A DNA stretch of 63,769 nt, counting the filler. It is 14 parts of 14 records of this genome, joined end to end, with 100 filler letters (N's around TTAATTAATTAA, not from the genome) between each part and the next. Parts side by side here need not be neighbours in the genome. Positions count along the whole stretch, not along the records: positions 10,907 to 14,748 come from SRR9670534_493; positions 14,849 to 19,670 come from SRR9670534_494; positions 19,771 to 25,667 come from SRR9670534_499; positions 25,768 to 27,911 come from SRR9670534_500; 10 more parts are not named here. The stretch is one strand, 5' to 3'. Each line of letters opens with the position of its first letter. Within the stretch, counting starts at the first letter, position 1. Both the position numbers and the translations under genes were made by a program. The notes beneath the pieces are model-generated. The model made no database searches, was not told the origin of the DNA, and saw only the letters and a program-made list of their open reading frames with translations. Positions 13,901-26,971 of this stretch are shown piece after piece.

Positions 13901-14748
13901 TATATTACAGCTGTTGTGGAAAACATTTTTTCTTCTTCAACAAATGCTCTTGCACTCCATAGGGGCAATTCTGTTGGGGCTTGAACTTCTCGTTCATATT
14001 TCCTAATCGGTGGCTTCGAAGATACAGGCTTGGCTGAAATGGGCGCCCTAGGCCCATATGTTCGTACGTCAACAGATGTCGGTAGTGGTGGGGGTGGAGG
14101 TGGTGCAAAAATTGGCTTCTTAAATGTCTTTTCATAACTTGATTCATCCTCTGATGAACATTCTTCAACTATTAAGTCAGCAGCACAAGTACAGATTCCT
14201 GCATCATTTTCTGCTCTAACTGCAAATTTCCCAGCATCTTCTCTGAAAGCTTCAGGAATAATCAATGTATGTAAGTCGTCATTTCGAGTGATTCTGTAAT
14301 CTGCAGAACCCTTTATCAAATGTCCATTGGCATACCAAGTTACAACAGGTTCTGGGGTTCCAAGAACTCTAACTTCAAATCTAACTGCACTACCTTCCTT
14401 AACACATTGTGTTTGTAATCTTTTCTCAAATTTAGGTGGAGCAACTTTTGCTAAAATAAATGCCATGCATTACATAAGCCCTATTGTAGTAATGATAAAT
14501 ATATCTGATGAAAACAATAAGCACAGTAAATTAAACTTACCTTTAACTACCAAATCAGCGGAGGAACTCGCTGACCCCATGATGTTATTTATAACACAAG
14601 TGAATTTTCCAGAATCTTCTTCGAAAACTTCGGGTATAGTCAAAGTCAGTCTACCATCTACGTTTGCCATTTGAAAATCACCAAATTCAGAAATTTGTCT
14701 CCCTTCACGATACCAAGTTTCAGTGGGAGTTGGTTTGCCCATTGTTAC
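10907..14748 (-). CDS. Titin/sallimus(kettin)-like muscle protein, tandem I-set Ig domains; internal fragment
   Basis: At least seven I-set Ig repeats (e.g. FECKVIGQPFPEIFW...DEGQYICNATN; FDCLVTGRPIPEITW...DAGTYTCVASN) over many exons with Pro/Ser-rich linkers. Confidence 0.88.
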
Positions 14749-14848
14749 NNNNNNNNNNNNNNNNNNNNNNNNNNNNNNNNNNNNNNNNNNNNTTAATTAA
14801 TTAANNNNNNNNNNNNNNNNNNNNNNNNNNNNNNNNNNNNNNNNNNNN
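14749..14848. other. Artificial contig linker
   Basis: N44-TTAATTAATTAA-N44. Confidence 0.98.
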
Positions 14849-17755
14849 GAAATAATCTACCAATGGAAGGACCTTGTTAAATCTGTAGAAATAAATGATG
14901 ATGCAAAGTCTTTACCTCAATTTGTAATCAAGAAAACTGAGGGAACCAAAGTAATTATCAACAGCTCAACTGGTAAGCTACATAGGGGCTATTATGTAAA
15001 TTAAGAGTCCTTATGCCTTTTATTTGTACAAGTAGATGAGAATCTTATTCAAACATGTATAATTCAATAAGAATGTAAGCATGTTTGTCAAGTTTACCAA
15101 GGGAGTCAAATTCAATTATTTATCTTGCCCATCTTGTTGCCCCCATGTTTCTATAAATAGATTATTTGGAGGCTCATAGGCAGGGTTTCAGAGCTAGTAT
15201 GAGTATGCATAAGTGACAATTTTATTTGGATATGATTTAATATGCAACTGGGCAATGATGATTTCAAGCATAATTGAGTTATTATAATGATATTATAATG
15301 AATAATTAAATAAGGAGCCAAATGGGAAATTTACATTTGGATGGGAATTATGCATGACAATGCCCTAAAACCAGTAATTATTCTTTAGACATGAGATTGT
15401 TTCATATTTTTGCAGAAAATAGGTTTTGGCATTTTGTCATGGGTAGCTTTGATTAAGTTCAAAATGTCATTTTATATATTTTAGCAGAATTTAATCATAG
15501 ATATAATTATTAAAAAAATCTTAAATTTATAAGTAAAAAATTTAAAATTATTAATTTTAATTGAAAAATCAACAATTTTTGAATTCATCTTCTATCAAGA
15601 GGTTTTACTGCTCTTGCAAATTATTTACAAAAAAATGCTTTTTAATTATATGCATTATTATTTTTCAACAAAATCAAAATTAAGTAAAAACCAAAATGTA
15701 AATGAAAAGTAATATTAATTTTTAAAAAAAATAAATTGAAGTTAAGTGTATTTTTGAAAATTTTAATTTGATTAATATTGTTTAATAATATAATCTAATA
15801 ATATAATATATAGATGTAGTATAGGTAATATAATATTAGCTTAAAAACATAGAAAATTGAATTAAAATTAAATTGTATATATTTCCAAAAATTTAATTTT
15901 TTTAGAAATAATATAATGTTTATTTTTTATTTTGTTTATTTTGTATAATATAAAATAATTAATACTTGACTAACTATAGTAAACATTATTAATATATGAA
16001 AGTTAATAAACTAAGGTAAACATGCCAAAATTACAGAGAATGCACAATTATAAATGTCATGTTTATTCACATGCAATTCAATGGCTCTCACGCAGACATG
16101 CAATCAATTCAAAGCAGCATTGCTTCGCGCCTTTTCTTGACCCTTACATGAGAAAATCTTAAGGCTCTTTTGGAAGTAATTATGTCCTCATTTTTCATTT
16201 AAAATAGAATTACTCCCATACATGATAGATACCTTATATAAATCTTAGGGTAGGGTTCCTCATACATATGTTTGACAAGCCCTCAAACTTGCACACGATT
16301 ATAATTTATAAACATGGATTATTAATAAATCATTACATAAAATAATATAAAATATATTTTATTTAATATTAAATTTCATATTTAAGTTTCAATTAAATTC
16401 AATATTTAAGTATAATTTTACATTATACTCAATTTTATTGTAGATTTAAATTAAAAATTAAAGTTATATATTATATTTTATATTACATACTATTATTTTA
16501 TATTATTATTGTATATTTTAAATTTAATTTTATATTTTAAATTAATATTTTATATTTTAAGTCTTCTTTATTATTAATTATATTACTATACTGTATTGCT
16601 ATATATATAAATTCTATTATGATAACACATTATGGTAATAATTTAGGAACATATTCAAGACTTATAGTGAAGCTTCATCTGGAACGCAATATTTTCTATT
16701 ACCTGATCCAGATTTACCTTCCAACCATGCTAATAGTGATCATTAGTTGGGTCAGCTTTTGGCTGCCAAGGAATGCATCTCCTGCAAGAGTTGCTCTTGG
16801 CATTACTACTGTACTCACCATGACAACCATCATGTCTTCCGCTAATGGTTCTCTACCAAAGATAAGCTACTTAAAATCAATTGACATTTTCCTGATTGTA
16901 TGTTTCTTCCTCGTGTTTGCTTCTTTGCTGGAGTATGCCATGGTCAGTTTTGTGGAGAGCTGGAATAATGCCAGAATCAAGAAGGCAAATTGGAGAAGAT
17001 TTGAGGCCTCCATCAGGAAAAATCATGGAGGTCTGGCAGCAATTTTGCCGCTGACATTACATGGTGATCAAAGTGAGGTTCCCTATGGTGCAAAGAAGTC
17101 AATGGTGAACATGCAGGTATTTACTAAATTAAACTGACTGATGACGTCATTAAAACGCTCGTGCTAATTGGTCTTAATAATAAATAAACAGTAACCAAAT
17201 CCAGCATGTATAAAGTCAACAAATTAACTTAGCTAAGGGGGAGCATGACGTCATCAATAAAATATTATCTCGCTAATAGATGGCTCTATTATTAGTACCA
17301 TATGTTACATGAGTGACATCTGTATTAAATCAACATAGATAGTAGTATGACGTCATTCATATTATCGCATTAACAGATGTCTCTATTGATAGTGCTATAT
17401 AAGCGACATCTTTTAGGAACAAGTGCTGCCAAATTCAAGGCAAAGATCCTTTCATGCAAATGGTCCATACAAAAGATCTGTGGTCAGAGCTGACTCTGGC
17501 GATAATTGGGGAGGACATACAATGATTCCCCCGGATCAAGTAGAAAATGGCCCCATTAACTATGAAGAATACTATGGGGAGGACATGTATGACGATCCTG
17601 AATTTTTACAAAAGAAATCTATTCTCTGCTTTACAAATAAAGCAAGTAAAATTGATACTGTATCAAGAATTGCTTTTCCTGTTGTTTTCATATGCTTTAA
17701 TATTTTGTACTGGGTAAGCTATTTACACATAACAGAACAAAAGAAAAATTCTTAA
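14849..17755 (+). CDS. Cys-loop ligand-gated chloride channel subunit, GABA receptor RDL/beta-like; 3' part (exons 14849-14972, 16647-17116, 17417-17755)
   Basis: SLPQF, GTYSRL, M1 [23 protein letters not shown]2 [28 protein letters not shown]3 FASLLEYA, M4 [10 protein letters not shown]. Confidence 0.92.
17141..17411. repeat. Degenerate ~103-bp tandem repeat in an intron, each unit starting with palindrome ATGACGTCAT
   Basis: ATGACGTCAT at 17141, 17245 and 17347; units 2 and 3 align further downstream. Confidence 0.7.
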
Positions 17756-17858
17756 TAGTTTTATATCAAATGATATATGTACTTGGTGATAATAATATCC
17801 TTCTGTCCATACATTTTGCACTTTCATCTTTTTTTGATTACCATTAGACATAAGTTTA

Positions 17859-18130
17859 CAGGGCTTCCTTTTCAAAAAATTTTATAGGTGGTTAAAATAC
17901 CGATGGCGTCATCTATTTGAAATATTTTTGCAATATATAGTGGCATTTTTATTTGTCACCGTAAATTGACAAATACAGATGGCTCTATCAAAAAATGGGT
18001 GGCGCTAATAAATTTCTAGCAACATCGATTTGTGAATTACAAATGTAAAGCCTCAATTAGGTGGGTTCAGGGTGTAAATGTTTCAATAGGGAGTTGTTAC
18101 CACTCATTCCCCTCATAAAAGGAAGCCTTG
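17859..18130. mobile_element. MITE (272 bp non-autonomous DNA transposon)
   Basis: 14-bp TIRs CAGGGCTTCCTTTT (17859-17872) and AAAAGGAAGCCTTG (18117-18130), 13/14 match; identical 6-bp flanks AGTTTA at 17853-17858 and 18131-18136. Confidence 0.8.
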
Positions 18131-19670
18131 AGTTTATACATTTTTCAACTTGTTCATAACAATAATTATTCTGTATATACTATAAAATGTTCACAAAACA
18201 TATAAGAAATTAATAAAACAAAAGTATTAATAAGATACTTATAAATTGCTAATTTTCAATATAATATTAGTAGCATCTATTCTTTTCAAATCCTATTATC
18301 CAATATTGTTTAATTATCATTTAATAAATATTGTTTTATTATGTACTACATAATGAAATTTCAATCAAATCCAAAAACTCAAAAGCAAAAACTTAATATC
18401 ATTAGAAAAAAATAATGATAATTGTAATAGATTTAAGTTATTATTAATAGTGATAAGTTGAGAAATAATATGTCCACCAAGATCATGAAAATCCTTGTCT
18501 TTTATAATAAATTCTAAGACAATATGTTCAGCACTCACAATATTCGAGACTAAACCTATTCCTTTTCCAAATGTACCTTATTGACAATACCTTGGTCACT
18601 GAAAGCTACAATGAGTCATCCAGACAATTAATATGTAAAAAATCCATGTAGGTAAAATAATGAAGATATGATGACTACTAATCATTGATGAGTCATTTTA
18701 TTACATACTTACCTAGAGTAGGTTCGATTCGTCCTTCCTACAATAAAAAACTTAGTCTAATTGCTTGGAATTCCCTGGCAAATCGTATTAACCACATTTA
18801 TTATCCATCCAACTGCTCTTTGGTTTTGTTGTGATTGTATCCATAAATAATGTTCTAGACTGGCAGCTTTTTATTAATAATTTCGGAAAAAAAGGTGCTA
18901 ACTAGAAAAAGTAACAGCAACGCCATAGAATAAGAGAGACCGTCAGAAAACTTCTGTCAAAAATACCTACCAGGAAACATTTAGATAACTTGAAAATTTA
19001 TTACCCCAATGAAACGAAATCTGTGACAATTTTTCATTTATTGTACATTATCCATTACTAATGTAGATAATACATAATAGTACATAGGGTACCTAGTATT
19101 ACTAGGCTAGTAATACACATGTAACACAATACGTGTACATAATGATTATGTCATAATGAAGAACTGCTACATATCTAAACGCTATAGAGTCTATAGTATA
19201 GAGTCTATACTCTGTATTATACAGCATAAAGTGTTGCTTTCGCTCTCGTACATATACCGTACATGATGTAGAGTACAGTACATCGTGCATTGGAGCACGC
19301 AATTCAATTTTGCGTGCATTGGAGCACGCAATACTTACAAAGTTTGTACGCCATAATTCTTTGTCACAGAATGTGCTTTACAGACGGTCTGTAACAGACA
19401 ACATGAAAGTACGCCATAGCAAACCATGTAATCCAACAGATCGAATCGGTCTAAACGGTACAGTTTATCGGTTTACATGTGCTACATAACAGATAGGTAT
19501 ACACAGAGTCTGTACCACAGACAGCCGGTACGGTATCGCACCGTGAGTGTACATGTATTTATACCGTATGTATAGTATACCTACATTGTATACCGTATGT
19601 AGTACATCCTATAACTTCACTTTATTGTGGTCATCAAATAGGTATCGTGCGTATACAAAGTCTGGAAACA

Positions 19671-19770
19671 NNNNNNNNNNNNNNNNNNNNNNNNNNNNNN
19701 NNNNNNNNNNNNNNTTAATTAATTAANNNNNNNNNNNNNNNNNNNNNNNNNNNNNNNNNNNNNNNNNNNN
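19671..19770. other. Artificial contig linker
   Basis: N44-TTAATTAATTAA-N44. Confidence 0.98.
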
Positions 19771-21721
19771 TGGTATAGAAATAAAATCACTTGACTTTTA
19801 TTAAAAAAATATATAGTTTATATTAATCTTTTAATATAGGTACTATAGTGCAATCTAAAAAATAACTATCATAATACATATACAATAGAATTAGTATAGC
19901 TAGTTTAGTATGACTATTATATTTAAACATTTTAATTACATTAAGCATACTATACTTTGATTTAACTAACAGTTGAAAATAGCTAAAAATCATAAAATTG
20001 CTATCAAAGTTATTATAGTTAATTATTCAGTATATAGTCTATATCTACTAATAAAAATATTGATAATATTTTAAAAAATATTAATGTACTTAGTATATTG
20101 TACTAATATAACTACTTTCTACAAAAGTATTTTAGCTAAATATATTTAGCTATAAAATAGTTTTGTAGAAATACTAATTTTGTTTTAATTTTTTGTACTG
20201 TATTCAATAAATTTTTAACATTTGTATTAAAGTGAGATTTAATTCTACTCTTTTTTGACAATTGAGATTTCATTGTACATTATTCATATAAAGTCTAATA
20301 CATAATAAAAAATAACAATTCAATGATAATTATTGAAAGCAAAATCAGTAAACTCAAAGCTAATGTATAGCATATAAAAGCAATCATGATCATATTAAAA
20401 AAACAATTTGTGCAATAATCATAGTAGTTATAAATACTTTCATCTGATGCATTGCTTTGAAGTGCATAATTATAATTACTTTTATAATGGGAATTAGAAT
20501 ATCATCATATATTGCAATAAAGTTGATAAATTTTGCTTTTTTTGTTAATAATTAATGGCAATTTGCTAATATTTGTTTGTTGTGAAGTATTATTAATATT
20601 GGTTGTTGTGAGGTGTTATTAATAATAATAATAAGGTGGGTATTAGAAGGATATAAATTTAGTTCAGAATGAACATTTATATTAAAAAAGTTATTATTAT
20701 TACTATTATTAGTTTTAAGCATCATGCTAGTAAATGGTAAATGGTTAATAATAAAGTCATGGAAACGTTGCGGAAAGTTTATCTCATTGTATAGTTTAAA
20801 CCAGGAGGAAGATAGTAGATGTCGCTCTAATTTCCGCATGTCATTGCTCTATATTACCTACATAGTGCCATAGTAAACCTTACCCAGAAGTGCGTAGATT
20901 TTTTATTCACAAAACCCTCCTGGTAAAGGGGAAATTTGCTTCATATGTTGACTGGAATTTTCGCGAAAATAAATCGCAAGAATGAAATAGCGTTTCAGGG
21001 TGATAACTTACCTGAATAACTATAGTACAGTCACTGTACCTGGGACGTTGTAAACCTTGATGAGTTTACAACAAAATAGCACTCCGAAATAAAATTACTT
21101 GCCATTATTAATAACTTTTACATTAGACTGCTAATCACATGCTGTTATTATTAATAATTATTAATAATTATCAGCACCACTTGACTTGGATTGAAGTATG
21201 TACTTACCAAATTCTGCATCACACCTTCAATGAGAAAAATAACAATGAACTTGCTATCGTTTCTACAACTTATTAGGTCACAATGTCACTGTAACATTAC
21301 AAAACACTTTACCACTTATTGAATCTTTATTGATTGTTTCATTCATGTCATTCTACTTTTTAATTTATCCATAATCATTATTAACGCTCTCAAAATTTTA
21401 ATTTAAACTAATTAGCTTTACATCTTACAAAAACACCACCCTGTGAATAAACCCCCTCAAAAGGTGCCAAACACCCCACCTTTGTTGTGTTTACACAAGT
21501 ACCTATCAATGGCTTAAGATACTAAACACATAATAAAAGACTGTTATAAACCCTAACAACGAACCAAGGTGATTGATGCTCCCATTGTTTGCTATCAATG
21601 CACTGTCTGTTTATATTTCCAACCTCAGATATGCGCGCTGGATATAATATATTATTATAGGCATCACAGGCAAGTGTGTAAAATCGTATTACATTGAGAG
21701 GGCATTGATTATTACTGTCAA

Positions 21722-23449
21722 ATGGGTGAAAGTAGAGCTTCAACAGCTTCTGTTCTTCAGAATAGGGTGTCATTTCTTTCAAGACAAAAATTTGAAGCCA
21801 AAGAAGCACTTTTGAGAACTAGATCATCATTGCCTAGTCTGGACAGGGGTGCCAAATCGCACCCTGGTGTTTGGGATATTTCACCCCCGGATTTTAGGGT
21901 TAATTTATATGAACCCTGTCCACCGAAAAGGAATTCAAGATCTGTAAGTTGGATTTTATAGAAACGTTTATCTCAATAATCTCATAATGTCAATTATTAT
22001 TATTAAAATCACAATAATACATAATAAAATCACAAAATGTACATATGTATGTATGTATTACATTGTTCATCTTTATGGCTCATTTCCGATTTGTATTATT
22101 TATAACAATAATGACCATTTTATAGCAACTTATGGCTATAATAAATTAGTTTCATTGAACGAAAGTATTAATGCCAAAATGAGTTTATAATTTTAAAGTG
22201 ACTTACTCAAAGTGTGTCATCATAAAAAATTGACGCAATTCTATGAGCAACTCCATGGTTACTATGATATAATATTCCGTCAGACATTGCGGCATTAAAT
22301 TTTAATAATAAACACATCACTTTTTGTTGCAAAGACTGATTGAAAGCTATTCAATTATAAATAAGTAAACGTTTCTTATTAACATTACTAGTAAATGAGA
22401 AACATCATTATGGTTTAAAATAAACATTAAATTTAAATTTTGAATATTTTAGAATAGATTTTAAAATTTTCAATATTTTTTACTGTAAAATTTTAAAATT
22501 TTGAATATTTTTTAATATGATTAATTCTTGAAAGTTTAGGACATAACAAATCATAATATTAATAACAAGCTACATATAATTAAGCTATTTTATTTACTAA
22601 TATGTTTACTAAACACAATTTTAGACAATTATATCTATAAAACCTTACCAATGACATATATTTTAACAAACAAAATTATGATTATGACATTTTAAATCAT
22701 TGTAGGCTGTTCGACCATGGAAATACGCCTTGCCCGATGACGAATTATATGCAAGAAAGCTAAAAACTAGGAAAGCAGATAGATCAATGGAATGTTTAAA
22801 ACTTGTCATTGAAAATGCTCGAAAATCACGAACGACCGATCCTAATAGTCAAGCAGAATTCAACATTCATATCAAAGCCCCTAATATCGCGACATTGAAA
22901 ATGGAGGATATGAAAAATCTTTTGCTCAAAAAGGGAAGGTACTCCAATCCGAAACCAGATGATTTTAGGCATTACCCGCCCATTAAAAAGATGGGACTAC
23001 CAGAATTTCAGTGTTTTACCGCTAAAGATCCATTCAATATCGAATTCCTAACCAAAAACCGATATTTATGTAACAATATAAACATTTAGATTTACATTTT
23101 TTTTCAAAATTTTTACAATTTTAACAAAGATATCTTATTTTAGTAAATGATGATTACTTTTTGGAAGTTGAATTGGGTAGACCAATAAAGGGTAGACAAC
23201 TCCAAACGGATATTCAAGCACCATATGAAAATACGTTTGACCCGGATATGATGTTACCAAAGGAAAAATACCCTCATTTTGGCGAAGACTTTACGGTAAA
23301 ATCAAACTCACACGATTAATAAAAATCATAGTTTTCTTTTTCAGAGATTTCCAAGAGCCAGGACGCCGCATACTGCTTTTCTAGACAGGGTTTATGAAAA
23401 CATTCAGAAAAATGCTCAACAAAGAAATCAATTATCTTGTTCAATATAA
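21722..23449 (+). CDS. Conserved uncharacterised protein, C7orf78-like; 4 exons (21722-21943, 22706-23069, 23144-23295, 23345-23449)
   Basis: Exons splice in frame via GT-AG from ATG to TAA. Motifs VWDISPPDF, PPKRNSR, GRYSNPKPDDFRHYPP and GLPEF...DPFNIEF; family name is from memory. Confidence 0.65.
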
Positions 23450-23591
23450 AATGTTCCCTTCCTATGGAACTTTTTAATAAGTACTAAATTGTAATAAGAA
23501 TGGTTGATTGTGAACCAAAATTTATTTCATTTTTAGTATAACTCCAATTAATTTATTTTATTACTTGTTAATTCTCACGTTCTTCTAATCA

Positions 23592-25166
23592 TTATCTCCC
23601 ACCACCGCCTTGTCTGAAAATTATTTAAAATGTCAAGAATTTATAACAATATGCGAAAAAATGTTATTTCCTTGTTAATATTTAAGAATAAAATTTATTG
23701 CAAACCTTTGAGCCCATTCAACGTTCAGGATTAGATGACCATAACGAAACTTATGGACAGTATTGATGGCTTTCTGCGCATCTGATCTATTGGTGTACGT
23801 TATAAACGCAAAACCTTTGCTAGCACCTGTCTGTTTATCTTTAGCAAGGTATGTTCTTTCAATCCTTCCAAACTTTTGGAAAAGAGCTGAAATATCTTCT
23901 TCTGTAGTTTCTTCAGGTAAGTTCGTAACTCTGACTGTTGGCTTATCATCTGTTCTTGAACCCATAGTAACCCCGGTTCTTTGACCATGCCTTGCAAATG
24001 TAGGCTGCTGAAATCTTTCTTGAGATTTCTCTAAAAATACCAATCTATTGACATCTTTTTGGAAAAAACCAATGATAATGTTACCGTCAATGTCGCAATA
24101 ACGACTAATACATAATAATAATAATAATAAAGAAATCTGCTACCCGCAGGTGGAGCATCAGCATCTTTTCTCGCAAAACGAATCGTATGCATTAAGCTAG
24201 CCATTTGTTTGTCTTGCAAAATTCTACTTAAGGCTTCATCTTGGTTTGTCTCTTCTTCTTCCTGGGCTAAATTTAAAAACTGCATCGTAACTTCCTGCCC
24301 AGATATGTTAGTTTGAGTCGTGTTTGGTCCAGGGGGATCATCAACAGATTGACCAAATTTCGCTAATGCCTTGCGTCTGGCAACAGGCCTTGGTACTTTG
24401 ATTGTATCGAGTTTGAAAGTTTTTAAGATCTTAAACGTTTGGCTAGGATCTGATCTATCATATTCAGTAACTGTTTTAATGTTATCCTTAATTAATTCTG
24501 TTCTACCGGCAGTTAAACTAGCTACAAAACAAACATATAAATCACTAGGTAGGGTATACCCTGCCTAGTACTAGGTTCGTACACTTAGGTAAGTATTACT
24601 CTACAATAAAATTACCTCAATCCAATGGAGTACATGTATGTACCTCAGCAAATGTATGTACCTAGCCATGTTTACGCTAATTTACAAAAAAGTGGGTACA
24701 TTATGTATAATAATAATAATCATACAGTACAGTAAGTGTATGTACCTACAATGTAGGTCCTACATATGTTATACTCGTTTAAGCTTAATTTCCAACTTTT
24801 TAAAAGTAAATTGCTGAGAATCTTTACTTATTCTCAAAGTACTTTGCGGCGAATCTGGTACTTCAAGTAGCTAAGCCATTACCTGTTACCTATTTCATCT
24901 ACCTACTACTACTTGGTACACTCCGAGTGTAACACTCCGAGTGTAACAATCGTACAGTGTGACTGTCATATTACGTACACTCGTTACTTTACAAGTAAAG
25001 TTAAGGTAGGTACTTACGTACTTCAAACAACTTTCACACCATGTAGGTACGTAAAACATACCGTACATACAACGTACACCGAAATTAATTAATAAAAGAC
25101 GCAGATACATAAGTACATACCTCTTTCAACTTCTTCGATATGAGAAGCCCAATCTTCAACAGACAT
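23592..25166 (-). CDS. EIF3G: Eukaryotic translation initiation factor 3 subunit G
   Basis: MSVEDWASHIEE; KTVTEY...VARRKALAKFG...PGPNTTQT (eIF3g N-domain); RRM TVRVTNL...SKGFAFITY...YGHLILNVEWA; four exons. Confidence 0.93.
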
Positions 25167-25667
25167 TGTCACTTTTCGGTACCTAGAAATAGGTATGTAG
25201 GTACAGTGTACACATATAGGTACATGTACATGTACGTACCTACATGGTGTGACCTGGTACACATATAGGTACATGTATGTACGTACCTATATAAATTTTA
25301 TGTCATTATTAATAAACCAAGTCTAGGTTACAGGCAATTTACAGTATTTCTAAGTTTACGCATCGTGTAGGTAGGCAATTAGGTACATATAAACATAGGT
25401 AGGCTATGTAACATAGTTACTGTAACTGCATATACATACAAGATACATACATGTACAGTACATACATGTTGTACTTACCAGATAGGTATGTATGTGTATA
25501 CGCAATGCGTACTACCAAGGCTCTCTATAACAACATTTTGTATACTGCTTAGCTTAGCTACTCATCAAGGGTTTATGAGCATATAGGTATACCTATCAGG
25601 GTCCAATTGGACAATTCAATAAAAACTATATTCAAACAATTACAATAGAAACTGGTTATTTGCACAA

Positions 25668-25767
25668 NNNNNNNNNNNNNNNNNNNNNNNNNNNNNNNNN
25701 NNNNNNNNNNNTTAATTAATTAANNNNNNNNNNNNNNNNNNNNNNNNNNNNNNNNNNNNNNNNNNNN
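25668..25767. other. Artificial contig linker
   Basis: N44-TTAATTAATTAA-N44. Confidence 0.98.
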
Positions 25768-25795
25768 AACAAAAGTCAATGATTTTACTAGTACG

Positions 25796-26971
25796 TCATA
25801 TGATTATTTTAGTACTAGTAGTCTTACTTGACAATGTAGATGGACCTCTACCCGAAACCAATGTTGACCTTTTGCTTCTTCTATATGATAAACATGCTAG
25901 GATTATAATTGCGATGCTGACAAGGAACAAAATTATTGCAATTAAAATCCAAACTAAAAAGATGAAAGTTTCAATAGAACCAACAGTAGTAATTATAATT
26001 ATAACTATCTTTACAGTAAAAAGCAACAAATTGGATACCTGCTACCCATCCTCCCACATTAGCTATCTCAATAAGTGGTTGTGATTGTGGACTTGTATTA
26101 TTACCAAGCAATGACATCAATGTTTCGGTGTCTGTAAGCTACACATTATACATGTTACTACTAATAATTACACACTTACTTATTATTATTAATTAATAAT
26201 ATTCTAATAATTAGCTTGCATTAATAATAATAACATGCATCAATACTGCATTAATAATAACAGAACTTTATTATTAATATTACTATTAATAATAACATTA
26301 TGTACATATTAGCTATTATTATTAATAACTATTCGTTTGCTATTTATCTAATATTATATCATCTGAAATAATAAATTAATAAAAAATCAATAATAAGTAA
26401 TAATAAAATACTATAATGTACTATAGTATTATAAATCTATAAAAATAACTCCAAGCATTTTTGCCGCTATTACTATCGGTATGCTATGTTATTGTATTAC
26501 AATATATTATTATAATAATAAGTAATGACGTTCTTGAGCTTTGCTGTTATTATTATAAAATATTATAATATATTATTATTATTACTAATATTAGTATGTA
26601 CGTATTATAAATATCCATAACGCTGTTTGGGGAAAGGCTTTGAAAAAAACAAAGCAGAAAACCATATCATGCATCATCATTATTATTATTAATGAGTAAG
26701 GAACCTTGTCATCGTTAGTTTCTTCAAAAGCTGAATTCTCAGTGTCCTCTGTTAAAGATCCCATTAGCAAAAGTTCTTCAGAGGACAAAGTCTTTTCAAA
26801 TTTAATATTGTTATGATTTAACAACAACAATGATAATGTGTTGTCCTTTTGATTGGGATTAATAATCAAGTCAACATCTTCCAAAATTTGGACTGCATGT
26901 ACTACTGCTATGTTTAGGCTACTAAGCACAAGCAGTGATGAGAAAAGAACACATTGGACCAACATTTTCAT
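25796..26971 (-). CDS. Probable single-pass type I membrane protein, unknown function; spliced, possibly incomplete
   Basis: Signal-peptide-like MKMLVQCVLFSSLLVLSSLNIAVVHA; downstream exon with a TM helix followed by basic YRRSKR. Confidence 0.5.

Noticed and set aside
16780-16830. Insecticide-resistance substitution at M2 2' of the RDL-like channel
   Set aside because: The residue is the ordinary Ala (PARVALG).
18440-19420. Possible small spliced gene on the minus strand
   Set aside because: Splice-like sites exist, but I could not build a consistent reading frame or recognise a product.
20760-21350. Minus-strand exon-like blocks with GTAAGT donors, divergent from the C7orf78-like gene
   Set aside because: The frames I tried hit stops or gave no recognisable product; could be UTR or lncRNA but cannot be supported from sequence.
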